Shown piece after piece: positions 9,750-20,808 of a stretch of DNA of 61,816 bases. A program made the position numbers and the translations under genes. How positions within the stretch are numbered: the first letter of the stretch is position 1; the number at the start of each line of letters is the position of its first letter. The notes below the pieces were generated by a model. It did no database searches. It saw nothing but the letters and a program-made list of their open reading frames with translations, and was not told the origin of the DNA. The stretch is from an uncultured Candidatus Saccharibacteria bacterium (GTDB lineage Bacteria > Patescibacteriota > Saccharimonadia > Saccharimonadales > Saccharimonadaceae): contig CAUSSQ010000001.1 in assembly GCA_963534385.1 (NCBI GenBank), positions 1 to 61,816 on the forward strand, written 5' to 3'.

Positions 9750-10426
9750 TGAATATCGATCCCTCTCTAGAGCCTGACAACTATATCATCGCTAGGAAGC
9801 GTAAACTGTATAAATTCGCCTCTTTTGCCAGGCTGGCTAATTGTTATAGTGAGACCAAGTGGCAGGAAGCCAAGCAGTCTATCCTACACAGCTCACTACC
9901 GATCACCCTGGAAGTTGGTGCCGGTGATGGACTGTTTCTGACTAAGCTTGCCGAAGCCCATCCCGATCAACAATTCATTGCCCTAGACCGTAAAAGTGAT
10001 CGGCTTTGCCGGGGCGCTAAGCTAGCTAATGAGTCAAAGCTTACTAATATCCTCTATCTCTGGTCGAATGCCGATAATCTCCGACGCCTCCTGCCCGATC
10101 AGCTGGTCCAAACAATCTGGCTAACCTTCCCTGACCCCTGGCCACAAGAATCAAACATCAAGCATCGCCTGACTAACCGGCAACATCTCCTCAGCTACCA
10201 TCAACTACTAACACCTAACGGTCAGCTCAAGCTAAAGACCGATAACGACAACTTATTTGACTGGTCGGTTCAGCAGTTCACTACTGAGAAGTGGCGGATT
10301 GACCAGCTGAGTCATGATCTATACGGCGACAAAATAGCCGGTGACGCTACCGTCAAGACCACCTATGAAGAACGCTATCTGGCTGAAGGTAAAAAGATTA
10401 ACTACCTAGCAGCCGGTAAAATCTAA
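9749..10426 (+). CDS. trmB: tRNA (guanine-N7)-methyltransferase
   Basis: LEVGAGDG, FPDPWP..KHRL, LKTDN, TTYE. Confidence 0.93.
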   Translation: MNIDPSLEPDNYIIARKRKLYKFASFARLANCYSETKWQEAKQSILHSSLPITLEVGAGDGLFLTKLAEAHPDQQFIALDRKSDRLCRGAKLANESKLTNILYLWSNADNLRRLLPDQLVQTIWLTFPDPWPQESNIKHRLTNRQHLLSYHQLLTPNGQLKLKTDNDNLFDWSVQQFTTEKWRIDQLSHDLYGDKIAGDATVKTTYEERYLAEGKKINYLAAGKI

Positions 10427-12054
10427 CGGCTACCGGCAGTAGCCGAGCCGGCACCATAAACGATGACAAAGTCTGACTTGGTATGATAGCCGGCTAGCCC
10501 GCCCTGAACTGGCTCAACATTGTATTTATGTTTGAGTGCTTCGGCTGTCTTGACCATGGCACTATTCAGCTGATAAATCGTCACCGCCGGTGTAGCTAGA
10601 GTCGGCGCATTAGAGATTACCCCGACAGTATAGCCATCAGTCTTTAGCCCGGCTGCCTTACCGGCTGCTAAGCCTTCTTGTCCCGAGCCGTTCAGCACAT
10701 CTATCACCGCACCCTCCCGTACTACCGGATTCTTGCTGAGATTCTTAGCGATATAAGCTTGGATCACCGAGTAGTCAAATACACCAGCCACCGGTACCTC
10801 GCCGACATAGGTTCCGCCACTAGAGTAAGATTGGATTAGATCCTCACCACCATCCTGCCGCCCAACGAAGGGTAGTTGCTTGATCTCAGCTAGCTTAAGC
10901 TTCGAAGCGACGCCGATAAGTGTCTGAACATGGCTGGTGTCAAAGCTGGAGATCAGATTGTCACCCATACTGTTAATCAAGCCATTCACCGAGGTGGGAT
11001 TAAGAATCGTCCCCACCGCCAGAGCCTTCTGTTGTAAGGCGGCTAGGATCTTTTGTTGATTCTTTTCTCGGTCATAGTTGCTGCCGGCCAAGCCATAGTC
11101 ACCCGGGTTGTGATTGCGGGCTCGAGCCAGAGCCAGAGCCTTTTCACCGTCTAGATGAGCAATCTCACCATTAGCAAAACGTAGCTTCGTCCCCGAGTCA
11201 TAGATACCTCGTCGGTCAGTACTCTCAATCTTGACATCTACTCCGCCAACCGCATTAACTGACTGGACTAGCGCCGTCCAGTCGGCATGCATATAGTAAT
11301 GGACGTTTAGTCCTAAGATCTCGCTGACCTTGCTCATCAGTGCCTGCGCCCCGGCTTTCTCATCCTTATTCTTAGTATAAGCACAGTAAAAGACCTCATT
11401 CAGCTTGCCTGAGGTACGACCGAGAGCCGGACATTTATATTTGACATATAGGTCTCGGGGTAGGCTGATCATATAGGCGTTATTCTTGTCTTGGTCGATG
11501 GATACCAGCATGATCGAATCGGTTAGCATGGCTCCGTCCCAAGCGTTCTCGCTCATCGAGTAACCCGAGGTACCGAAGATCAGAATGTTGGTTCGACCGT
11601 TTTTATCTTCGGCTAAGCGAGCTTTATTGGTAAAGATGGCTAGGGGATTACCCTTAAAGATCTTACCGCTGGCCAGCAGTGCTTTCACTCCTAAGTAACC
11701 GGCTATCCCCAAGAGGACAACGATGATAATGATGACGATCCTCTTGATTATCTTACCCTTGGATAAGTGGCGCTTCGGCTTAAGCTTGGGCTGATCCGGC
11801 ATTTGACGCTGACGACGTCTGGTCGGAGGCGCCGGTGTCTCGTCAGCGAGGTCTAGGTCGCCAATTTGTGACAGAGAATCCTCAATGTCACTCAGCAGCT
11901 TATCTTCCGGTGTCATCACCGGGCGACGATTAGACACCCGACGAGGGGCAGCAACACCAGTAGTAGAAGCCTTAGAAATCGGCTTCTTGACCGGCTGACT
12001 AATCGGTCGAGGTCGTACCACGAACCCATCGATAGACTTAACTCGCTTTACCAT
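10423..12054 (-). CDS. LCP (LytR-CpsA-Psr) glycopolymer transferase with C-terminal LytR_C domain
   Basis: TM, NILIFG, TDSIML, ISLPRDL, ARAR, DREKNQQ; VLNGSG C-terminal domain; start could be 12069. Confidence 0.9.
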   Translation of the reverse strand: MVKRVKSIDGFVVRPRPISQPVKKPISKASTTGVAAPRRVSNRRPVMTPEDKLLSDIEDSLSQIGDLDLADETPAPPTRRRQRQMPDQPKLKPKRHLSKGKIIKRIVIIIIVVLLGIAGYLGVKALLASGKIFKGNPLAIFTNKARLAEDKNGRTNILIFGTSGYSMSENAWDGAMLTDSIMLVSIDQDKNNAYMISLPRDLYVKYKCPALGRTSGKLNEVFYCAYTKNKDEKAGAQALMSKVSEILGLNVHYYMHADWTALVQSVNAVGGVDVKIESTDRRGIYDSGTKLRFANGEIAHLDGEKALALARARNHNPGDYGLAGSNYDREKNQQKILAALQQKALAVGTILNPTSVNGLINSMGDNLISSFDTSHVQTLIGVASKLKLAEIKQLPFVGRQDGGEDLIQSYSSGGTYVGEVPVAGVFDYSVIQAYIAKNLSKNPVVREGAVIDVLNGSGQEGLAAGKAAGLKTDGYTVGVISNAPTLATPAVTIYQLNSAMVKTAEALKHKYNVEPVQGGLAGYHTKSDFVIVYGAGSATAGSR

Positions 12055-12123
12055 ACTTAACTCTAGCATTTTAGCAAACTAGTCACCACTAGTGCAACGC
12101 TATATGTGGTATGATGTATAGGT

Positions 12124-13539
12124 ATGAGAGGCAGATCGTCATTTGTCTTCACTATCTTACTTATGATCGGCGATGCCTTAGCTGTAGTCAGCGCCTATAG
12201 TATCGCTTTTATCCTCCGAGTAAAGATCAGTGGTACACCCATTCACAACTCTATCCCTGCTAACACTTATCTCCAATCTCTCCTTCTATTAGTTCCTTTT
12301 ATCATCATAATTTTCAGTGTGATCGGTCTCTATCAGACTAGCCAACGTCGTACTGCCAGCTCAACCGTTGGACGCCTACTACTGGGGGCATTCCTAGCTA
12401 TGATCTTCATGGTCTTCATCGACTATTTTTATGCTGAGCATGTCTTCCCGGCCAAGAAAGTCCCTCTCTATGGCCTAGCGATATCCATCGTCCTCTTGGG
12501 GCTGGTGCGGGGATTGCTCTACTTGGGACGTTATCTACGCAACCGAAGCAACATTGGGCTACCTAATGTCTTAATCGTTGGCGACAATGAAACAGCTAAA
12601 TTACTGGTAAGAGACATTAAGCGACCGGGTAGCAGCTACCACCTACAAGGTGTCGTCGGTGATGGACGATTAAAGTGGACTAATTACAAGACTTTCGATG
12701 AGGCAGTAGCCAACTTCCTGCCTAATATCATTATCCAGGTCACTACCACTGAGAAACCTAAGGTTGACAGCAAGATTCTGGCTTTTGCTCAGAAGCATTA
12801 CATCGACTTTATGTTCGTCCCCAGTGATGTCAACGACTTGTCAGACCACCTGGAGACTGAGTTATTTATGGGTGATATCCCGGTCATGATCGTCGAGCCT
12901 ACTCGTCTGATTGGTTGGGGTCGTATCATCAAGCGGCTATTTGATATCGTCGCCAGCTTCCTCGCCATCATCATCTTGTCACCGGTTTTTCTCTTAGTCT
13001 TCATCGCCGAGAAGCTAACTGACCACAAGGTTAGTGCTATCTTTCATCAGGTGAGGTTAACTAGAGGCGACCAGCTTTTCACTCTCTATAAGTTCCGGAC
13101 TCAGTACGCCAAGTACGACGGCACTACCCCCGAGCAGGCTTTCAAGCGAATGGGGAAGCCCGAGCTGATCGAGAAATATCGGGCTAATGGCGACTTCCTC
13201 GATGACGACCCCAGAGTTACCCCGATCGGTCGTTACCTGCGTCGTTTTTCCCTAGACGAATTGCCTCAGCTCTTCAACGTGCTAAAGGGCGATATATCGC
13301 TAGTTGGACCCCGAGCATTGATCCCTCAAGAGCTAAACAGATACGAGCAGAAGCACAAGATCCTCAATGTAAAGTCCGGCATCACCGGATTAGCTCAGAT
13401 ATCCGGTCGACGAGATTTACCTTGGGAGCAACGACGAAAGCTGGATATTTATTACGTACAGAATTGGAGCTTCGGACTGGATATTCATATCTTATTCAAG
13501 ACCGTCCGGCAAGTTTTTACTAGCCGAGGCGCCGTCTAG
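12124..13539 (+). CDS. polyprenyl glycosylphosphotransferase (priming sugar transferase, WcaJ/CpsE-like)
   Basis: KRLFDI, YKFRT, DDPRVTPIG..SLDELPQLFNVLKGDISLVGPR, GITGLAQI. Confidence 0.93.
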   Translation: MRGRSSFVFTILLMIGDALAVVSAYSIAFILRVKISGTPIHNSIPANTYLQSLLLLVPFIIIIFSVIGLYQTSQRRTASSTVGRLLLGAFLAMIFMVFIDYFYAEHVFPAKKVPLYGLAISIVLLGLVRGLLYLGRYLRNRSNIGLPNVLIVGDNETAKLLVRDIKRPGSSYHLQGVVGDGRLKWTNYKTFDEAVANFLPNIIIQVTTTEKPKVDSKILAFAQKHYIDFMFVPSDVNDLSDHLETELFMGDIPVMIVEPTRLIGWGRIIKRLFDIVASFLAIIILSPVFLLVFIAEKLTDHKVSAIFHQVRLTRGDQLFTLYKFRTQYAKYDGTTPEQAFKRMGKPELIEKYRANGDFLDDDPRVTPIGRYLRRFSLDELPQLFNVLKGDISLVGPRALIPQELNRYEQKHKILNVKSGITGLAQISGRRDLPWEQRRKLDIYYVQNWSFGLDIHILFKTVRQVFTSRGAV

Positions 13540-14922
13540 TAGCTTAGCGCTTAGCAGCGCTAGCACTAGATAGATATGCAGGGCATTGGGCAACCCGCTA
13601 AAGAAGCACCACTGTACCAGGTAAGCAACCAAGATAACTAGTGCTAAATGATCTCGTCGCTGAGAACATAACCTCCCATATAGCACCACTAGCCCGCCTA
13701 GCAAAGCTAGACCGATCAACCCTCGCTCTAACAGGACTTCGACAAATTCATTTTGGACTATCTCCTTCTGGTACCGACTTCCCGTCTGCCGAGCTAAGAC
13801 TATCCCGGCCGAGCCCAGTCCGGTGCCAAAAAGCTGCTGACCGAGCTGGTTAGACCGCCAAGCAGCCAGGGCAGTCCTCGTCAGGCTTAGTCGCACGTTA
13901 GTCGACTCAGCAACGTAGCCATGATAAGCCGGCTGTTTATCGTGATCTTGAGGAATCGACGGCAGGGGAGTCGACGATTTCTGCTGATAGGGGAGTCGGA
14001 TGATTCCCATTGATAGATGATTCAGACTAGTCGATACCGCCTGAGTAAAGCTACTGTCGATCCGTGGGCTAGCGCTGGCTAGAGCACCTTGACAGACCAG
14101 GCAGACCACTAGAGATAAGGCGACCAGCCCTACTACCGCTAGCATACGACGCCACTTTCTGACTAACAAAATCATCACTACCAAGCTAGCCAGATAGGCA
14201 TAGATTGCCCCTCGGGATAATGTTAGCCATAAAGTGGTTAACATCAGTACTAGCAGCAACGGTTGTTTAGCATAGCTATGCTTCCCCTGTAAGGTTAGAT
14301 AAGTAATATAGAGAAGTGGCGCCAACAGCAAGCTGCCTAAGAACTGCGGCTCGATCGCCAGTAGATTTGGCCTGATGAAGCCAAACTGTCCCGCCACACA
14401 GCCGGCACACAACCCGAGGCTATGACGATTAGTGATGACAAATGTCCCTAAGACCATCTGGGTAATCGCCAAGAGGCAGGCCGAAATCGTCGCCCAGATA
14501 GCTACTCTCACTAGCTTTGGTAATAGCTGGCACAGCAGACGACGCTCAGCCACTAACACAAGAAAGACTAGGTATAACATGACGTACACAGCAAAGGTTA
14601 GCAAACCTCTAGTGCGATTGTCTGACCAGATTACGCATAAACCAGACCAGCCAACAAAGACGCTAGCCAGCCGAACCAGCCTCGACCGCCTCAGCTCCGA
14701 CCAGCGATACCAAACTCTCGGTAACCCGACAATTGCTAATATCACAACATAGATCAGCGTCAGCGACAGCTCGTAGTTCATCGTGCCATCTTCCGCCAGA
14801 CTAATCCGTGGTAAATACGAGAACCAAATCATAATTGGCGCCATGAGCCAGAGCCGTTCCAATAACGACAAGTGTCGAAATGTCTTAAGTTTGCTTAAGA
14901 TTAATCTTGATTTGCTAGTCAT
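13492..14922 (-). CDS. O-antigen ligase/polymerase family membrane protein
   Basis: multi-TM; TLSRGA, FGTGLGS, NEFVEVLLERGLIG. Confidence 0.8.
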   Translation of the reverse strand: MTSKSRLILSKLKTFRHLSLLERLWLMAPIMIWFSYLPRISLAEDGTMNYELSLTLIYVVILAIVGLPRVWYRWSELRRSRLVRLASVFVGWSGLCVIWSDNRTRGLLTFAVYVMLYLVFLVLVAERRLLCQLLPKLVRVAIWATISACLLAITQMVLGTFVITNRHSLGLCAGCVAGQFGFIRPNLLAIEPQFLGSLLLAPLLYITYLTLQGKHSYAKQPLLLVLMLTTLWLTLSRGAIYAYLASLVVMILLVRKWRRMLAVVGLVALSLVVCLVCQGALASASPRIDSSFTQAVSTSLNHLSMGIIRLPYQQKSSTPLPSIPQDHDKQPAYHGYVAESTNVRLSLTRTALAAWRSNQLGQQLFGTGLGSAGIVLARQTGSRYQKEIVQNEFVEVLLERGLIGLALLGGLVVLYGRLCSQRRDHLALVILVAYLVQWCFFSGLPNALHIYLVLALLSAKLLDGASASKNLPDGLE

Positions 14923-16079
14923 TGCTCTATTATCTGCTTAATATTCTTCTGGAAATGCTCCGTAGAAAAGCGTTCAGCTGATTTAACCACTTGGTCATGC
15001 TTAAATTGTGCGACGTTAAATCTTTTTATTCCTTCCGCCAAACTATCGACCGTTTGTTCCAGGAAAAATAACCCGTTTATCCCGTCTCTGATGATATCAG
15101 CTGATCCACCACGCCGGAATGCCAGTACCGGTAACCCACTTGCCAACGCTTCGACCGGTACGATACCGAAAGGCTCTAGGCTAGGAAAAATTAGTCCCTT
15201 AGCTGACCGATAATATTTAACTATCTCTCCTACCCCGTCATATTTAGGTAAGAACTTGATCTGTGAGCTATCCCCCACCAGTTTCACCAGTGGATTGTGT
15301 TCCGGTCCACTACCGATCACCAGTAAGTTTTCTCTAGTTTTCAGGCAAGCTTGAATAGCTAAGTCAAATCTCTTCCAATTCACCTGCCGACCGGCTACGA
15401 CATAGAAATCTCCCCCTCTAAATAGCTCTTGGCGGATCTGACGAATATCCTTCGCTTTTACTTGCTGACTGACTAGCTTGATCTGATCTACTTGGGCCAG
15501 AGGAAACAACACTTGACTAGGTCTACCATAGTAACGCTTGATCTCATCCGCCACATAGTGCGAATTAGCCAGCAAAGTATCGGGGCGCTGAGCCGCTCGC
15601 CAGTCCGAGCGACGCATCGGCTTGACTAATAACTTCAGTCCAAGACGAGCTAGCCAATTTAGCTTACCGAAGCCGGGATTAGCAATATATTGATCATACA
15701 TACCCCAGTAATACTGGGTAGGTGGACCCTGCAGATAGGCAATATGACGAGTACCGCTCGCCACTTTGATACCTTTACATTCAGCGTTGCAGACTGAGAT
15801 AACGATATCATAGCCGGTCAGGCGCAAGTGATTAAAGTAGTGCGCCCGCAAAGGAGCGATGAACTTACGTAGAGCTCTAGGTAGGATATTTAACCAGCCC
15901 GTAATCACTCGTTTACCCTGAAACTTAGTAGCCGAACGAGGACGATACTGTGAAGTATAGATCGGTGCTTCGGGAAAAATCTTAGTTAGCTCTAAGAGTA
16001 CTTGTTCTGCCCCGCCGATCTCTGTCAACCAATCACAGACCAGGGCTATACGGGGATGATTATCAGTCTCACTAGACAT
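14919..16079 (-). CDS. glycosyltransferase family 4
   Basis: DWL..GGAEQVL, EPFGIVPVEALASG. Confidence 0.92.
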   Translation of the reverse strand: MSSETDNHPRIALVCDWLTEIGGAEQVLLELTKIFPEAPIYTSQYRPRSATKFQGKRVITGWLNILPRALRKFIAPLRAHYFNHLRLTGYDIVISVCNAECKGIKVASGTRHIAYLQGPPTQYYWGMYDQYIANPGFGKLNWLARLGLKLLVKPMRRSDWRAAQRPDTLLANSHYVADEIKRYYGRPSQVLFPLAQVDQIKLVSQQVKAKDIRQIRQELFRGGDFYVVAGRQVNWKRFDLAIQACLKTRENLLVIGSGPEHNPLVKLVGDSSQIKFLPKYDGVGEIVKYYRSAKGLIFPSLEPFGIVPVEALASGLPVLAFRRGGSADIIRDGINGLFFLEQTVDSLAEGIKRFNVAQFKHDQVVKSAERFSTEHFQKNIKQIIEQ

Positions 16080-18345
16080 TCCTGTTTTTAGTTAGGTACC
16101 CTAAGTAGTCAGCCTGACCTGCCACCTGATTACTTAGTTTCAGCATATCTATATGCTGACGATATCGTTTACTTAGCTTGAACCAAATCCGCTTTAGTAG
16201 ATTTTTAGTTTGCTCTCTTAGTTTTAGCATTGGCAAGATTTTGAGTGTTCGCCAAACAGCTCGTTGAATCCCCGGGTCAGCCTGCTGAAAATCGTCATAA
16301 TTTTGGTCGATAAACTCCCGCACTGACAACTGAGTCTCTAGCTTACCTTTACGAGTCTGATTGTCGTAGGCATAGCTATAGTCCTGGATCAGGCGGAGCC
16401 AAAAGAAATCAGCATACTGACTATACATACCCTGTTCCTTGAGGTAGCGAAATATCGACTCAGTGATCTTGAGATAGTCCGCACTCGACTTATGCTTGCG
16501 AAATGATGTCGACATGATACTACTGGGACGACGGATGTAATTGTATAATTTATCTTTACTAAAGAAGATAGTCTGACACCTCAGCATGTAACAGTTGCAA
16601 AAATAAGCATCCTCAAAGAGTAGACCATCGGGAAACTTGATGTCATAACGATCAATGATATCCTTACGAAAAATCTTATTCCACAGCGAAACATCTGTAT
16701 TAACGATCAACTGCCAGTTGATGAGCTGAGAATCATTATATTTCTGCTCCAGATAAGACTTAGTGTCACGCCTTAGCTTACGCTCCAGCTGATTTAATAT
16801 GACATTCTGGCTACAGATAGCCAGGTCAACCTGACGTCGCTCCATGATATTAAACATCTTGAGGCACATATTAGGAGTATAGGTATCATCACTGTCGCAC
16901 CACATAATATACTTACCACTAGCCCGTCGTAACCCTTCATTACGGGCTGTCGCTACCCCGGCATTCTTCTGATGATAAACCTTAATACGTTTATCTTGTT
17001 TAGCATATTTCTTTAACAATACTAACGATTCATCAGTTGAGCCATCGTCAATGCAAATTATCTCGATATTCGCCAGAGTCTGATGGATTAAGCTATCGAT
17101 AGTTTCTGCCAGATATTGCTCAGCATTATAGACAGGGATGATGACAGAGATAAAGGGCTGACTAGTCACGGACAGTTCAGCGTATTTCGTTGGCCGATCA
17201 ACCATCTCCTCTTGATAATGACTAATACTGTCATCGTTAAGCTTAATTGAGCCGGCTAGCTTATAGATAACTTCTTGTCGTTTGATATATGACCTACTTA
17301 GATGCGACAACGCTTGACTTATCCGACGATAGATCTTGCCAATAGCTTGACGGATCGCCCGACGTCGTAAATATCGGCTAGGTGATTTTATAATTCTCTT
17401 TAAGTCTTCTTTATGTTGATCACTAAAATCAGTTAGATCGAAATAACCGCCTGACTGATCCTGCTTAAATTCTTCTGCCATCCGCTCAGTAAAATCTCGT
17501 AGATTCTGACCATCCAACCTACTCTGGTTCCAATGGTAGATATCATACTTGCGCCAAGTGTAAACTGACTTCAGTTGATCCATCCGATCATGATCAATTA
17601 GGTATTGTTTAATACTGTCAAACTCGTCACAGACGCAGAAAACTTTGGCCCGACTTTTAACCGATGAGGTCTCGTTATCGATCCGATAGTGTAAGTAAGC
17701 CTTAGTGGTATAGATAGCCCGATCAGCCATTGCCCAGACTTTAAAATTAAATCCTGTATCCTGATAAGATGCCCCCGGTGTAGGCAAGAAGTCAATCTTG
17801 TTGTCTACCAGAAATTGCTTCAGGTATAGACCTGACCAGATTGACGCCATGCGGTTAAAAATATAAGGTGTTTGACGAGGTGTGACTATCGTACCGATCT
17901 CGCTATGATCCATCAGATTACATTTGGTATTACTGCCGCCACTGCGACTAACATAGAAATAGAAGTCGCTTTTCACCGCCTGTGCCTGATTATCCTCAGC
18001 CAGTTTAGTGAACTCGGCAAACATAGTTGGTTCCGCCCAATCGTCCGACTCGACAATCCCAATATACTTACCCTTGGCTTTCCGTAGTCCCTGGTTCATA
18101 CTGTCGCCATAACCGGAGTTAGCCTTATCCAGTAGCTTGAACCTCTTATCTCGCTTCATGTACGACTGAATGATCGCCGGGCAACTATCAGTCGATCCGT
18201 CGTTGATGCAGATGAACTCGGCATCTTTAATAGTCTGAGCTGCCAGACTGGCTAGACACTGGTCTAAGTACTTCTCTACGTTATATATCGGTATTAAAAC
18301 CGACACCAACGGCTGCCCACCATCACGTAACGGCTTCTTCTTCAT
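16072..18345 (-). CDS. tandem double GT2 glycosyltransferase
   Basis: two SV(L/I)IP(I/V)YN...(N/D)DGSTD...(E/D)SDD domains. Confidence 0.9.
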   Translation of the reverse strand: MKKKPLRDGGQPLVSVLIPIYNVEKYLDQCLASLAAQTIKDAEFICINDGSTDSCPAIIQSYMKRDKRFKLLDKANSGYGDSMNQGLRKAKGKYIGIVESDDWAEPTMFAEFTKLAEDNQAQAVKSDFYFYVSRSGGSNTKCNLMDHSEIGTIVTPRQTPYIFNRMASIWSGLYLKQFLVDNKIDFLPTPGASYQDTGFNFKVWAMADRAIYTTKAYLHYRIDNETSSVKSRAKVFCVCDEFDSIKQYLIDHDRMDQLKSVYTWRKYDIYHWNQSRLDGQNLRDFTERMAEEFKQDQSGGYFDLTDFSDQHKEDLKRIIKSPSRYLRRRAIRQAIGKIYRRISQALSHLSRSYIKRQEVIYKLAGSIKLNDDSISHYQEEMVDRPTKYAELSVTSQPFISVIIPVYNAEQYLAETIDSLIHQTLANIEIICIDDGSTDESLVLLKKYAKQDKRIKVYHQKNAGVATARNEGLRRASGKYIMWCDSDDTYTPNMCLKMFNIMERRQVDLAICSQNVILNQLERKLRRDTKSYLEQKYNDSQLINWQLIVNTDVSLWNKIFRKDIIDRYDIKFPDGLLFEDAYFCNCYMLRCQTIFFSKDKLYNYIRRPSSIMSTSFRKHKSSADYLKITESIFRYLKEQGMYSQYADFFWLRLIQDYSYAYDNQTRKGKLETQLSVREFIDQNYDDFQQADPGIQRAVWRTLKILPMLKLREQTKNLLKRIWFKLSKRYRQHIDMLKLSNQVAGQADYLGYLTKNRNV

Positions 18346-18362
18346 AGAGTCTATTATAGCAT

Positions 18363-20165
18363 CTAGCGATAAGACTCGTACGCTTGACCATGCTTCCAGG
18401 TGATAGAGCCACCCTCAAAGTCTTGCCTGACACCGCCGCCGACTATATATTCATCACTAGTCGGATAACCTAGCCTTCCCCACTCATAGCCGAGCTGCAT
18501 CCACTTCGCTTTGATGCCGCCGAATAATATATGTACTCCGGTCTTGGGACTGTAGTAGATTGAGCCGTTAGCACTCTGCATCGCCTGGTAGCAACCGCCT
18601 CTAACTAGACCGCACACCTGATCCATTATCGGATAGCCCAGAATAGTCTTACTGCGACCAATCTCCCGATACTTCTGAGCAATCTGACCGTAGTTGGCAT
18701 AAGTAAAATATCCGTTATACCAGTAGATTGACCCTCGTTCAAAATCACGATAGCAGTTAAGTCCATTATAGCAGTGTTCCCCACCAGTCGGATAACCTAG
18801 CGGACTATTCTCGAAGCCTAGCCGGAACCACTTGTCCCTAATCGCTCCATAGATTACCATACCATTGTACTTTGGTGTCCAGTAGATTGACCCTCCTTGA
18901 TAATGCTGATAGCAACCCTGCTCAACTAAGCCACAGCCCTCCTTAGACACCGGGTAGCCAAGCATGCCATTCTCAAACTTCATCTGCCTATATGTTTCTC
19001 TGATACCACCATAGTTCTCATGAGCACCGGTCTGTGGATGATAGAGGATAGCCCCGCCCTCAAAGTTCTGGTAACTACCGCCACCCTTAATTCCGTCAAC
19101 TTGATTTCCTACAGGGTAGCCGAGTACGCTATACTCTAACCCCAGCTCAAGCCAACGTTGGTGAATCTTGCCTTTTCTGACAGCGTGACCACCTAAAGCT
19201 TTAGTCCAATAGACAACACCTCTATCAAATACCTGATAACAACCCTGGTCTTTCAGCCCACATGATTCATTCATCGTCGGGTTACCAAGTACCCTTGCTC
19301 CACCGGCTGAGTTATAGCCATCAAGGATGCCACCATAGACTTCATATCCCCTAGTACTGCCGAACCAATTAGTAAACATGTTATAGAAATTGCGGTTACC
19401 ATAGGCACTGCAGGCATCACCGTAGCCCCAGTTAGCTCGGAGTGCTGCCTGGTTGGGTACATAGGGGGTATAGCGATAAAGAGCGGAAGTAGCCCGGTTA
19501 GCTACGTAAACTCGCTTCGAGCCACAACTACGATTCGGATGATATAGGATATTACTCGTCTCGTAAGCCGGGTAGTTGCTCCAACCACCATCAAGCACCT
19601 CACGGAAGAAAGCTGCCGCCGAGCGAACTTGATTAATGAAGCCGGCGTGTTCCGGTCGACAACCCTTACCGTCGTCCGGACAATTAAAGCCTGTAGCGTG
19701 ATTGTACTCAAGATTACTAGGGAAGGTATCACTGACTAGTCGCTGTTCTTTCTCTAGTACAACTAGTAGAACTTGAGGGTTAATGTGATAATCTTGAGCC
19801 GCTTGCCAGATAATATGCGAAGTCGTCTGACCGCTAAACATTTCATCTGCCATACAGACGAAGTGACCGTCCTTTATATTGTAGTGATATCCCTTGACCG
19901 CCTTAGCCAAGTTACGATCATTACATGGATTCTTACTATGAAGGAAGTCCCAGATATTCCGTTCACTCATAGTAGTAGTATTACTCATGACGAAGTCGGT
20001 CATGATATTACTATCGTCATAACCGGCTAGGTAAGCTTTAGCCTGTTTACCGGAATGAAATAGCGTATATATCATCAGACTACAGCAAAGTATACTCACC
20101 AGTAACACCACGGCTATCGTCAGCCGTGACTTGTGGGCGGTTATCTTTAGTCCATCATTTTTCAT
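18363..20165 (-). CDS. secreted/anchored protein with six LGFP repeats and an N-terminal Cys-containing domain
   Basis: N-terminal hydrophobic segment; six ~54-aa repeats with LG(N/Y)P...Q.F.GG.IYW. Confidence 0.85.
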   Translation of the reverse strand: MKNDGLKITAHKSRLTIAVVLLVSILCCSLMIYTLFHSGKQAKAYLAGYDDSNIMTDFVMSNTTTMSERNIWDFLHSKNPCNDRNLAKAVKGYHYNIKDGHFVCMADEMFSGQTTSHIIWQAAQDYHINPQVLLVVLEKEQRLVSDTFPSNLEYNHATGFNCPDDGKGCRPEHAGFINQVRSAAAFFREVLDGGWSNYPAYETSNILYHPNRSCGSKRVYVANRATSALYRYTPYVPNQAALRANWGYGDACSAYGNRNFYNMFTNWFGSTRGYEVYGGILDGYNSAGGARVLGNPTMNESCGLKDQGCYQVFDRGVVYWTKALGGHAVRKGKIHQRWLELGLEYSVLGYPVGNQVDGIKGGGSYQNFEGGAILYHPQTGAHENYGGIRETYRQMKFENGMLGYPVSKEGCGLVEQGCYQHYQGGSIYWTPKYNGMVIYGAIRDKWFRLGFENSPLGYPTGGEHCYNGLNCYRDFERGSIYWYNGYFTYANYGQIAQKYREIGRSKTILGYPIMDQVCGLVRGGCYQAMQSANGSIYYSPKTGVHILFGGIKAKWMQLGYEWGRLGYPTSDEYIVGGGVRQDFEGGSITWKHGQAYESYR

Positions 20166-20752
20166 AGATCTACCTCGTCAGTAATGGTGCCGGTCTTGCC
20201 ACCACCGCTAGCTACCACTTTGACGACCCAATGACCCTTAACCTGCCCCAGCTTACTAACCGGAATATCCCAACCGTAGCAGCTAGAGGTCTGCGGGTTA
20301 GCAATTAGTTTAGCCCGATCAGTATAAGTCCGTCCATTAGAGTGAGTTAGAGTTAGTTCACATTTTCCATTAGGATCATCAATCCATTGGTTAATAGTAA
20401 CTCGCACTCTCATCGTCTCGTTCACCGGAGTAGCGATACTGACCGAACCGGTCAAGGAGGGTTGACTCTGAGTGCTCCCACCCTCATAGCGAGCCGGTGC
20501 TTTCCCCGTGCCTTGATTAGTCGAATGTGGCTGATTAGTCTTGCCGTTCTCGGTAGTTACGGTCTTATCGGTATGATTATCGCTCGTCTTAATAGTCTTC
20601 TTGTGACTATCCTGTTTAGCTTCTTTGGCTTGGTCTCTTTTAGCTGTCCGGTTGTGGGTAACTGCCGCATAGGTGATACCACCTGCTATAAGCGCCAGCA
20701 CTACTAATGTGATGATGATTATTTTTCTATTAGAGTGTTTACGTATCTTCAT
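20162..20752 (-). CDS. membrane-anchored protein (TM, charged linker, beta-rich two-Cys domain)
   Basis: ORF; paralogous to 28736-29335. Confidence 0.7.
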   Translation of the reverse strand: MKIRKHSNRKIIIITLVVLALIAGGITYAAVTHNRTAKRDQAKEAKQDSHKKTIKTSDNHTDKTVTTENGKTNQPHSTNQGTGKAPARYEGGSTQSQPSLTGSVSIATPVNETMRVRVTINQWIDDPNGKCELTLTHSNGRTYTDRAKLIANPQTSSCYGWDIPVSKLGQVKGHWVVKVVASGGGKTGTITDEVDL

Positions 20753-20808
20753 AATTATTCCTCTTTTTACTTATGTTTATATTAGCACGTTTATTGTTCT
20801 GGCGTAAA

